From positions 6,772 to 30,771 of the forward strand of contig JAZIHR010000015.1 of the NCBI GenBank assembly GCA_036678445.1: a DNA stretch of 24,000 nucleotides, written 5' to 3'. Position numbers and translations under genes: made by a program. Position 1 is the first letter of the stretch; each line of letters begins with the position of its first letter. Under the pieces are notes generated by a model. That model had not been told where the DNA came from. It made no database searches and worked only from the letters and a program-made list of their open reading frames with translations. Positions 1 to 6,785 of this stretch are shown one piece after another. The DNA comes from Alphaproteobacteria bacterium (GTDB taxonomy: Bacteria > Pseudomonadota > Alphaproteobacteria > Rhodobacterales > Rhodobacteraceae).

Positions 1-466
1 CATCCAAATTTACACCTTGATCGGCCGCCCGCTTGGCAAGTTCGGCCTTTTTGAGAGTGAGAAGGTCGCTATACCCCGCTGCCGTCGGATGGTCCGCCAA
101 GGCTTCGATCGCAGTAATCTTCGGCGTCCCTAGACTTCCATTGTAGGTCTTCCGAATGACGAGCGTTCCATTCGCACTCAGAAGATACTCACCAGAGAGC
201 GTGGTAGGAAATTCAGCATCCACTACCAGCTGTTCAGGAAGCTGATCGAATTCGCATGTTATGCGCATCTGTTTCGGATCACCTGCCTTGCAGGCGTCGT
301 CCTTATCAGGCGAAGCAGTCTCAAAGAAGATCGCCAGCGCGTCCATGAGGGTAGATTTACCTACGTCATTTCTACCAACGAGCGCGGTCAGGTTACCAAA
401 GCGCACCGTGACAGGTGCTGAGTAACAACGAAAATTCTCAACTGTAAGACCAACTAAACGCATCAT
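1..466 (-). CDS. AAA/ABC-type ATPase, OLD-family / GajA-like N-terminal ATPase head (first ~155 codons only; gene runs off the left edge)
   Basis: My own reverse-strand translation from ATG 466 (or 463) gives MMRLVGLTVENFRCYSAPVTVRFGNLTALVGRNDVGKSTLMDALAIFFETASPDKDD..., open to position 1. It is absent from the ORF track because there is no stop in the window. It has the xNFR motif plus Walker A GRNDVGKST near the N-terminus. A G-rich stretch lies just upstream of the ATG. The segment is visibly AT-richer than the neighbouring trb DNA. Confidence 0.6.
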   Translation of the reverse strand, partial: MMRLVGLTVENFRCYSAPVTVRFGNLTALVGRNDVGKSTLMDALAIFFETASPDKDDACKAGDPKQMRITCEFDQLPEQLVVDAEFPTTLSGEYLLSANGTLVIRKTYNGSLGTPKITAIEALADHPTAAGYSDLLTLKKAELAKRAADQGVNLD

Positions 467-568
467 CTGCCCCCCGGAAACAACCACGAGTGTCTCTACA
501 ACTTCCAGTACGGTCAATGCTTTTGTGGCGGAACCCCCTATCGCGAAATGCCCAATACGACGGGCAGT

Positions 569-688
569 TCAGCCATTGCCCGACATGAGCGAGCTCAGGT
601 CGGAAAGCTGCTGGCTTTGCGTAGCGAGAAGCTGGTTGCCGACCTGGGTCGCTTGCAGCGCGCCGGTGTCATTCTGGTTCTGGACAAC
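569..688 (-). pseudogene. trbJ remnant (internal/C-terminal piece with premature stop)
   Basis: The reverse strand reads VVQNQNDTGALQATQVGNQLLATQSQQLSDLSSLMSGNG*. The stretch GALQ...NG matches the intact TrbJ (5994-6785) GALQATQAGNQLLALQSQQLSDLIAVMSANG at 25 of 31 residues. Nucleotide similarity to 6130-6250 is also visible. The N-terminal ~175 codons and the last ~50 codons are missing. Confidence 0.8.
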
Positions 689-698
689 TAAGGTCGAC

Positions 699-786
699 TC
701 ACACCGGCAGATGACCTAGGATACACAGTTGCCAGCGCCCGACCTCGACAAAGAGCGGAGCGCGCTTCGCGGCCCGACCGCCAGGA
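699..786 (-). pseudogene. trbD remnant (3' end only)
   Basis: The reverse strand reads AKRAPLFVEVGRWQLCILGHLPV* against the intact TrbD C-terminus AKRDPQFVEVGRRHLRVPGHLAV* (15 of 23 identical, same stop position). There is no trbE after it. It is followed within ~10 nt by the trbJ remnant. Confidence 0.75.
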
Positions 787-858
787 GATCTTGGCAACTG
801 GCCCCTCGATCAACTGAACTGTTTGCTGGCCCGGCATACCGAGCAAACGTCATCATCG
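787..858 (-). pseudogene. trbC (pilin) remnant, internal piece
   Basis: The reverse strand reads [18 protein letters not shown] against intact Trb[23 protein letters not shown] (IEGPVAKI identical). Nucleotide similarity continues a few codons further upstream. The piece is fused out of frame to the trbD remnant. Confidence 0.65.
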
Positions 859-869
859 CGTATCATTAC

Positions 870-1106
870 TTAAGCTGTCTTGGCGTGCTGTTGGACACGC
901 CGAGCCTTTGCAAAACCCCGATCCGTGGCCATGAACCGATGCAGCATCGGCACGATCAGCCTGACGGGATCGGCGACGGGCTGGCCGCTCTCGCGGGCCA
1001 GCACCTCGGCATAGGCGACAAGATCGCGATGAAGCGGCCCCGGCAGCTCCAGCATCACCTTGACCGGCTTGTCCTCGACGATGGGGCCGAGTTTCAGCTT
1101 GGTCAT
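870..1106 (-). CDS. DUF2274-family small protein (conserved last gene of Tn4371/ICE-type trb operons)
   Basis: 78 aa: MTKLKLGPIVEDKPVKVMLELPGPLHRDLVAYAEVLARESGQPVADPV... The start sits 2 nt after the trbI stop, with AGGAGG 7 nt upstream. The family assignment is from memory of proteins found after trbI. Confidence 0.8.
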   Translation of the reverse strand: MTKLKLGPIVEDKPVKVMLELPGPLHRDLVAYAEVLARESGQPVADPVRLIVPMLHRFMATDRGFAKARRVQQHAKTA

Positions 1107-1108
1107 GG

Positions 1109-2245
1109 TCAACCTCCTGCCGGCTCGAATACAAGGTCGCGGGTGACGATGATCCTGACCGGGAAGCCCGGTCGGATGGTGAGCGTCGGCGCGACCTGCA
1201 ACTGGCGCTGAACGATCTGCTGGCCGGCCTGATTGACGGTATCCTGCGCCCCCTCGCGGATGGCGCGGATCAGTCGGTCCTCGTCGCTGGTCGCCAGCTC
1301 CGTGCCGACTGCGAGCAGCGTGGACAGCCCTGCGGCCTTCATCAGATCCCACCAATGATAATCGACGCCATCCTCCAGTCCGGCATAGCCGCTGGCGTCC
1401 GCGCCCGGCAGGCGCTCAAGGACGATGGAGCGGCCGCCCGGCAGGATCAGGCGGTTCCACACCAAGAGCACCCTGCGCTGGCCGAAGGTCACGCCGTCAT
1501 CGTATTGGCCGATGATGCGCGTGCCCTGCGGGATCAGCAACAGCGAGCCGCTGGGGCTGTCATAGACGTTCTCCGTCACCTGTGCGGTGATCTGGCCCGG
1601 AAGGTCGGAACGGATGCCGGTGATGAGCGCGGCCGGGATCACGGCCCCGGCCTGAAGGATATAGGGTGATGCCGGCGGCACGACGCGATCCGGGGCGACG
1701 GTCTGCCGGTCCACCGGCCCGTTGAGAAACGCCGCGTGGCGATCCTGTGTCGCGGGCTGCCCGCCGAGGCCAAGACCGGCAAGGCCGGGCATGGCCGTTC
1801 CTGCCGGCGATCCCGTGCGCGGGCCGGACTGGAAAAAGACGTTGCTCAAGCGCGCGGCTTCTTCCTCGGCCCTGCGGCGTTCTTCCTCTGGATCGACGGC
1901 GGGCGTCGTGATTGCCGGCGTTACAATGGGCTGTCCCCGATTCTGCGCGTCGAGGATCGGGCGGCCGAGGTCGCCGGGCAGCGCCGGGCCGAGCGCCGGC
2001 CCGCTATAGTCGCTCGGCAGGCCGGACAGGCCGTCCGCCGTGGGCCGGTTCTCGGTCGAATAGAGTTCGTCGCCGCCCGGTCCTGCATCGCGGGTCTGGA
2101 GCGCGTAGATCAGCGCCCCGCCGATGCCGAGAAGCGCGACGGCCCCGACGCCTGCCAGCATCTTGCGGGACAGGCGCGTAACGCGGGGCGGCTCGGCGCG
2201 CAGGCGCATGGGTGCGATGGTGTCGGTGATGGTATTGTCGCTCAT
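1109..2245 (-). CDS. trbI: TrbI / VirB10-like T4SS protein
   Basis: 378 aa from internal ATG 2245 (MSDNTITDTIAPMRLRAEPPRVTRLSRK + TM segment, Pro-rich linker, conserved C-terminal barrel region). The ATG overlaps the trbG stop (ATGA). The longer track ORF (to 2941) is an Arg/Pro-rich out-of-context extension overlapping trbG. Confidence 0.93.
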   Translation of the reverse strand: MSDNTITDTIAPMRLRAEPPRVTRLSRKMLAGVGAVALLGIGGALIYALQTRDAGPGGDELYSTENRPTADGLSGLPSDYSGPALGPALPGDLGRPILDAQNRGQPIVTPAITTPAVDPEEERRRAEEEAARLSNVFFQSGPRTGSPAGTAMPGLAGLGLGGQPATQDRHAAFLNGPVDRQTVAPDRVVPPASPYILQAGAVIPAALITGIRSDLPGQITAQVTENVYDSPSGSLLLIPQGTRIIGQYDDGVTFGQRRVLLVWNRLILPGGRSIVLERLPGADASGYAGLEDGVDYHWWDLMKAAGLSTLLAVGTELATSDEDRLIRAIREGAQDTVNQAGQQIVQRQLQVAPTLTIRPGFPVRIIVTRDLVFEPAGG

Positions 2246-3240
2246 GACGGGGTGTCTCCGGTCGCGCTGGCGGGCTGCGCGGCGGCGGCCTGCGTCGGGT
2301 TGGTGCGAACGATCCTGACGACCTGCTGGCGATTGCCGCTGCCAAGGCGCAGCTCGGCCGCGCCGAACAGGCGGTCCACGATCAGGACGTTCTGGTGGAT
2401 GCGGGAATTGACGATCTGCGGCTCGCCGTTCGCGCCAAGCACGAAGATCGGCGGCATTTCGCCCTGCACGATCCCGGCCGGGAAAACGACATAGACGCGG
2501 CGTCCATCGTCGAAGACGGAAACCGGCCGCCATGGCGGGCTGTCGCCCTGCACCTGCAAGGCGTAGCGATAGTTCCGCGCTGCGTCGGCCGGAATGATCG
2601 GCGCGACCGGGACCGTCTGGCGCTGGCCGGCAGGCGGTGCCGGATAGGCCCATGCCACGGCCGGCATGTAGAGCGATTCCCGCGCGCGCAGCTCGATCAT
2701 GTAGGTGCGCCGGTCGGTGGTGACGACAAGGTTGGTGGAAATGTCCGGCCGCGTGGGCTTCACGAGGATATGGACACGGCGGTTTGCGCCGCTGCCGCTC
2801 TCGGTGTCGCCAATAATCCACCTTGTCGTATCGCCGGCCGCGATCGGCCCCGCGCCTGTCAGGCTCTCGCCCGGCTCCAGCGCAATGGTGGTGATCTGCC
2901 CGACTGCGGCATAGACCTGATAGAGCGCGCCTTCCGACCACGGATATATCTGGATGGCGTTGTAGTAGCCTTCCCGGCGCGGCTCGACGCGGGCGGCGGC
3001 ATTGGCGTTCTCAACGCGGCCGGTCGGCGTGCCGGCGGCGGTGCCGCCGCGCGCCACGGTCCATGCCGGGGGCACATGCAGCGGCCGAGGCGTGTTGTCG
3101 GTTGCCGCCGCCTGCATGGTTGGCAGCGGCGGCACGCTGGCGTCGTAGCTGAATTGCGGCGTCCGGTTGGTCGCGCAGCCTGCCAAAGTAATTGCAAACG
3201 CCGTCGCAAAAATCGCATAGGTTAGCGACTTCAGGATCAG
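2242..3240 (-). CDS. trbG: TrbG / VirB9-like T4SS lipoprotein (5' end uncertain: no ATG/GTG/TTG before the lipobox)
   Basis: LILKSLTYAIFATAFAITLAGC is a lipoprotein signal followed by a VirB9-like body. The in-frame codons upstream of the signal peptide are TTA CTG ATC CTG AAG. The nearest canonical in-frame start lies far upstream, inside the antisense of the NTF2 gene. The end coordinate is set at CTG 3240 as a placeholder. Confidence 0.85.
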   Translation of the reverse strand: MILKSLTYAIFATAFAITLAGCATNRTPQFSYDASVPPLPTMQAAATDNTPRPLHVPPAWTVARGGTAAGTPTGRVENANAAARVEPRREGYYNAIQIYPWSEGALYQVYAAVGQITTIALEPGESLTGAGPIAAGDTTRWIIGDTESGSGANRRVHILVKPTRPDISTNLVVTTDRRTYMIELRARESLYMPAVAWAYPAPPAGQRQTVPVAPIIPADAARNYRYALQVQGDSPPWRPVSVFDDGRRVYVVFPAGIVQGEMPPIFVLGANGEPQIVNSRIHQNVLIVDRLFGAAELRLGSGNRQQVVRIVRTNPTQAAAAQPASATGDTPS

Positions 3241-3258
3241 TAAGGAGGAACCGACAGA

Positions 3259-3636
3259 ATGGATTCTGTGCCGACGATTGTTGCCCGGTATATCGACGCC
3301 TACAACAGGATGAATGTTCAGGCGATGCTCGACTGCCTGTCGGACGACGTTCGGTTTATCAACAGATCGAACGGAGAGACGACGAACGAAACGCACGGGA
3401 TCGAGGCATTTCGCGCGCTGGCGGAACAGGGCGTCCAGTTGTTTGCTGAAAGAGAACAGACGATCCTCGACTGTATCGCGATAGACGACCGTGCAGCCGT
3501 GCGCATCGGCTATCGCGCCAAGGTCAAAACCGACCTGCCCAATGGCTGGAAGGCCGGGCAGGAGATCAAGATGACGGGCACCTCGTTCTTCATGATCTCC
3601 GAGGGAAAGATCAGCGAGGTGATTGATGCAAGCTGA
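3259..3636 (+). CDS. NTF2-fold / SnoaL-like small protein, opposite strand to the trb operon
   Basis: 125 aa: MDSVPTIVARYIDAYNRMNVQAMLDCLSDDVRFINRSNGETTNETHGIEAFRALAEQ...FFMISEGKISEVIDAS. This is the typical SnoaL_2-like pattern (xxYxxAxNxxDxxxxxxxLxxDVxF ... G.I). A strong SD TAAGGAGG lies 8 nt upstream of the ATG. No signal peptide. Its GC is lower than the flanking trb genes. Confidence 0.8.
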   Translation: MDSVPTIVARYIDAYNRMNVQAMLDCLSDDVRFINRSNGETTNETHGIEAFRALAEQGVQLFAEREQTILDCIAIDDRAAVRIGYRAKVKTDLPNGWKAGQEIKMTGTSFFMISEGKISEVIDAS

Positions 3637-3641
3637 GGCTT

Positions 3642-4331
3642 TCATTGGCTCATCTCCCGCGACCACGAAATTGCATTGACGTAGATGCCGAGCGGATTGG
3701 CGCGCAGTCGCTCGGCATCGCGCGGGGTCTGGATCACGATGGTCAGGATGGCGGTCCATCGTTCCGTAGTGGAAAGCTGGCCGTTCTCGTAGTGCCGCTC
3801 CACCCACGACACCCGGAAGGAATCCGGCGATGCCCGGATGACCGATGACACTTCGACGGCGATCTGCTGGCGGCCAACCTTGGTGAAGGGGTCATTGGCG
3901 CGGGCATAATCGTTCAGCGCCGCCGCGCCGCGATCCGTGGTCCATTCATAGGCGCGAAGCCAGTTCTGGCGGACAATGATGGCGTCGGCCGGGATCGCGC
4001 GGACCTGCTCAATGAATCGGCTAAGATGGAAAGCAATCTGCGGATCGGTCGGGCGATAGTCGGCATTGGCGGGCGCGACGGTTTGCGCCTGACCGAGATT
4101 GTCCACCTGAACAACCCAAGGCACCACGGTGCCGCGCGCCGATTGCCAGACCAATGCCGAAGCGAAGCCGACAGACAGGATCAGCGAGCCGAAGGCCATG
4201 AGCCGCCAGTTCCGCGCCTGCACGCGAGCCGAGCCGATACGCTCGTCCCAGACTTGCGCGGCGCGCTGATAGGGCGTCTCGGGTTCCGGCGTCTTGCCGT
4301 AATGGGTTGCTGGTCGTTTGAAGATGCTCAT
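3642..4331 (-). CDS. trbF: TrbF / VirB8-like T4SS protein
   Basis: 229 aa with an N-terminal TM segment (WRLMAFGSLILSVGFASALVW) and a VirB8-like periplasmic domain. The ATG overlaps the trbL stop (ATGA). Confidence 0.93.
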   Translation of the reverse strand: MSIFKRPATHYGKTPEPETPYQRAAQVWDERIGSARVQARNWRLMAFGSLILSVGFASALVWQSARGTVVPWVVQVDNLGQAQTVAPANADYRPTDPQIAFHLSRFIEQVRAIPADAIIVRQNWLRAYEWTTDRGAAALNDYARANDPFTKVGRQQIAVEVSSVIRASPDSFRVSWVERHYENGQLSTTERWTAILTIVIQTPRDAERLRANPLGIYVNAISWSREMSQ

Positions 4332-5689
4332 GAGCGGTCACTTTCGGAAAGGTTGACGGAGGAACCGGAGCCGTGGCTGTCGCCGGAGCGGACGGCATGG
4401 GCGGTCATGGTGGTGCCATGATTGAGGGCCTGCCGGCGCTGCATCCGCTGCGCCCAAGCCGGAGAGCTGCCGGCCGGGTTGGATGGCGCGGCTGCGGGTT
4501 CGGCGCTTGCGCCGCCGACCGTTCCCATGGTGGAACTGCCGCCGCTGGCCCCGAAGCTGCCCTTCACGCCATCGAAAAAGCTGGATTTGACGGATTCACC
4601 GGCACGCGCGACGGCGCGTTTCAGGGGCGAGATAGCGGCGGAACCAGCGGCGCGCGCCAAACCGCCCATGCCGGCAGCAACACCAGCCGCACCGGACTGA
4701 CCGAGCGATCCGACGCTATAGGCAGCGGAGGCAGCGCCTGCGGTTGCCGCGCCGCCACGAACGGCAGCGGCTCCACCGGACAGGGCAGCGGCACCGCCCT
4801 TGGCGGCAAGCATGGCCCCGCCGCCAGCGGCGATGGCCGCGCCGCCGACCGCAAGCCCGGTTCCCACAGCTGCGCCTGCGCCAAGCTGGGGTCCGCCCGA
4901 AACAATGCCGTTGGCGATGCCGGGACCGAAGATGCCGAGGCCGAGCAGCGACAGGGCTGCCAGAACAATCGCCATAGCGTCGTCCACGGTGGGGGTCGCC
5001 CCACCGAAACCGGCTGTGAATTGCGAGAAGAGCGTCGAGCCGATGCCGATAATGACCGACAGCACCAGCACCTTGATACCGGAAGAAACCACGTTCCCCA
5101 GAACCTTCTCGGCCATGAAGGCGGTTTTGCCGAAAAGGCCGAAAGGGATCAGCACGAAGCCGGCGAGCGTGGTCAGCTTGAACTCGATCAGCGTCACGAA
5201 AAGCTGGATGGCCAGGATGAAGAAAGCAAGGATCACCAGCGCCCAGGCAAAGAGAAGGCAGACGATCTGGACCAGATTCTCGAAAACCGCGATCCAGCCC
5301 ATCAGGTCGGAAACGGATTCGAGCAATGGACGGCCCGCGTCGAGGCCGGTCTGCGCCACGCGACCCGGCCGCATCAGATCGGTGACGGAAAAGCCGGTGC
5401 CCGAGGCCATCAGGCCGAGGCCGGCGAAGCTCTCGAAGACGATCCGCGCGAGATTGTTCCAGTTGGAAATGATGTAGGCGAAGACGCCGACGGAAAGGGT
5501 CTTTTTCACCAGCCGCGCGACCACATCGTCATCGGCGCCCCATGCCCAGAAGAGCGCGGCGAGCGTCACGTCGATGACGATCAGCGTCGTGGCGATGAAG
5601 GCGACTTCGCCGCCGAGCAGCCCGAACCCGCTGTCGATATAGCTGGTGAAGATGCCCAGGAAGTTGTCGATGACCCCCGTTCCCCCCAT
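4328..5689 (-). CDS. trbL: TrbL / VirB6-like polytopic T4SS protein with Gly/Ala-rich C-terminal tail
   Basis: 453 aa with multiple TM segments, then a long GA-rich tail, as is typical of TrbL. Position is between trbK-alt and trbF. Confidence 0.93.
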   Translation of the reverse strand: MGGTGVIDNFLGIFTSYIDSGFGLLGGEVAFIATTLIVIDVTLAALFWAWGADDDVVARLVKKTLSVGVFAYIISNWNNLARIVFESFAGLGLMASGTGFSVTDLMRPGRVAQTGLDAGRPLLESVSDLMGWIAVFENLVQIVCLLFAWALVILAFFILAIQLFVTLIEFKLTTLAGFVLIPFGLFGKTAFMAEKVLGNVVSSGIKVLVLSVIIGIGSTLFSQFTAGFGGATPTVDDAMAIVLAALSLLGLGIFGPGIANGIVSGGPQLGAGAAVGTGLAVGGAAIAAGGGAMLAAKGGAAALSGGAAAVRGGAATAGAASAAYSVGSLGQSGAAGVAAGMGGLARAAGSAAISPLKRAVARAGESVKSSFFDGVKGSFGASGGSSTMGTVGGASAEPAAAPSNPAGSSPAWAQRMQRRQALNHGTTMTAHAVRSGDSHGSGSSVNLSESDRS

Positions 5690-5692
5690 AGC

Positions 5693-5980
5693 TCACTGTC
5701 CTCCGGTCTGCTGCGGAGCTTCGGGCGCAGGAGTCCTGCCAAGGAAGCGGTCGCGGGATTCAGCCCAGGCGGCGAGGCAGCCGGCGTCATTCGCCGCCGC
5801 CTCGCCGCGCTGCTGGCAACGGCGCAAGGTTTCGCGCAGCGGATCGGCCGGGGGCTGGAGGGCCGATGCTGGCCTTGGCGCGGAAGGCTCGTCCTTCCGC
5901 GCCATGTCGATTGCGGTCGCCGTAACGGCGATGGCGACGAACACCACGGCCCCGAGGCGGGCCAGTATCTTGCCGTCCAT
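5693..5980 (-). CDS. small TrbK-alt-like putative entry-exclusion protein
   Basis: 95 aa with a single N-terminal TM/signal segment (ILARLGAVVFVAIAVTATAI). It occupies the canonical trbJ-trbL slot, with SD GGGAGG upstream. The call rests on position and size rather than strong sequence recognition. Confidence 0.65.
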   Translation of the reverse strand: MDGKILARLGAVVFVAIAVTATAIDMARKDEPSAPRPASALQPPADPLRETLRRCQQRGEAAANDAGCLAAWAESRDRFLGRTPAPEAPQQTGGQ

Positions 5981-5993
5981 GGCGAGCCTCCCG

Positions 5994-6785
5994 TCAGTTG
6001 TTGCCGTTGAACATCTGCGCGTTGCCGGGCTGGTAGCCGGTGCCCGGCGTCAGGAACCGCTCGCGCTGGATGCGGCCCTGTTCGGCAGCGGTCGCGCGCT
6101 CCGCCTCGATCAGCGCCTCGGCCCGGCCGTTGGCCGACATGACCGCGATCAGATCCGAAAGCTGCTGCGATTGCAGGGCGAGAAGCTGGTTGCCGGCCTG
6201 CGTGGCTTGCAGCGCGCCGGTCGCGCCCTGGCTCTGGCCGACCAGCGCGGCCATCTCGGCGCGATTGCTATCGATATTGCCGACAACACCCGCCTGGACG
6301 CGCATGGCGTCCTGCAAGCCGCCAACGGTGTTCTCCCACCGGCTGCGCGCATCCGCGATGAGCTGCTGGTCGGTCGCGGTCAGAGACAGATTGCCGTAAT
6401 CCTGCTGGAACATCTGGTCGATGTTCTGCACGTCGAAGGCGATGTTCTGCGCCTGCCCGAGAAGCTGCTGCGTGCGTTGGACGTTCTGCTGAAGCTGCTG
6501 GAGGGAGGAATACGGCAGGCTCGCAAGGTTGCGAGCCTGGTTGATCAGCATCTGGGCCTCATTCTGGAGACTGGCGATCTGGTTGTTGATCTGCTCAAGG
6601 GTGCGGGCGGCGGTCAGCAGGTTCTCGGCGTGGTTGGTCGGGTCATAGACGATCCGGCCAAACCCACCGAAGAAGGCATGGGCCGGTGTCGTGAACACCG
6701 GGGCCAGCGCCAGCGGTGCGGCAAGTGTGAGGGCCAGTGCGGAGGCGCCGACCATATGGGTGATGCGGGGCATTTTGCGCGTCAT
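5994..6785 (-). CDS. trbJ: TrbJ / VirB5-like T4SS protein
   Basis: 263 aa with a signal peptide ending AHA and a coiled-coil, Q-rich body. The ATG overlaps the trbE stop (ATGA). Confidence 0.92.
   Translation of the reverse strand: MTRKMPRITHMVGASALALTLAAPLALAPVFTTPAHAFFGGFGRIVYDPTNHAENLLTAARTLEQINNQIASLQNEAQMLINQARNLASLPYSSLQQLQQNVQRTQQLLGQAQNIAFDVQNIDQMFQQDYGNLSLTATDQQLIADARSRWENTVGGLQDAMRVQAGVVGNIDSNRAEMAALVGQSQGATGALQATQAGNQLLALQSQQLSDLIAVMSANGRAEALIEAERATAAEQGRIQRERFLTPGTGYQPGNAQMFNGNN

Noticed and set aside
838-870. Searched the junction after DUF2274 for the 8-bp TTTTTCAT-type att core that I recall for Tn4371-family ICEs, and for a tRNA gene end.
   Set aside because: No such octamer and no tRNA-like sequence is present on either strand. 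The element end cannot be defined from this window.
2246-2941. N-terminal 232-aa extension of the trbI track ORF, and the analogous 3241-3807 extension of the trbG ORF.
   Set aside because: The extensions overlap trbG and the NTF2 gene/trbF respectively. They are Arg/Pro-rich nonsense and precede well-formed native N-termini (the TrbI MSDNTI... start with ATGA coupling, and the TrbG lipoprotein signal).
4373-6010. 545-aa plus-strand ORF across trbL and trbK-alt. Similar long ORFs occur at 5646-6986 (+), 7067-8050 (+), 8105-9535 (+), 11526-13103 (+), 10168-11007 (+) and 18959-20212 (-).
   Set aside because: All lie antisense to or out of frame with confidently recognised genes in GC-rich DNA. 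Their translations are Arg/Gly/Ala/Pro-rich with no recognisable domains. They are classic shadow ORFs of high-GC sequence.
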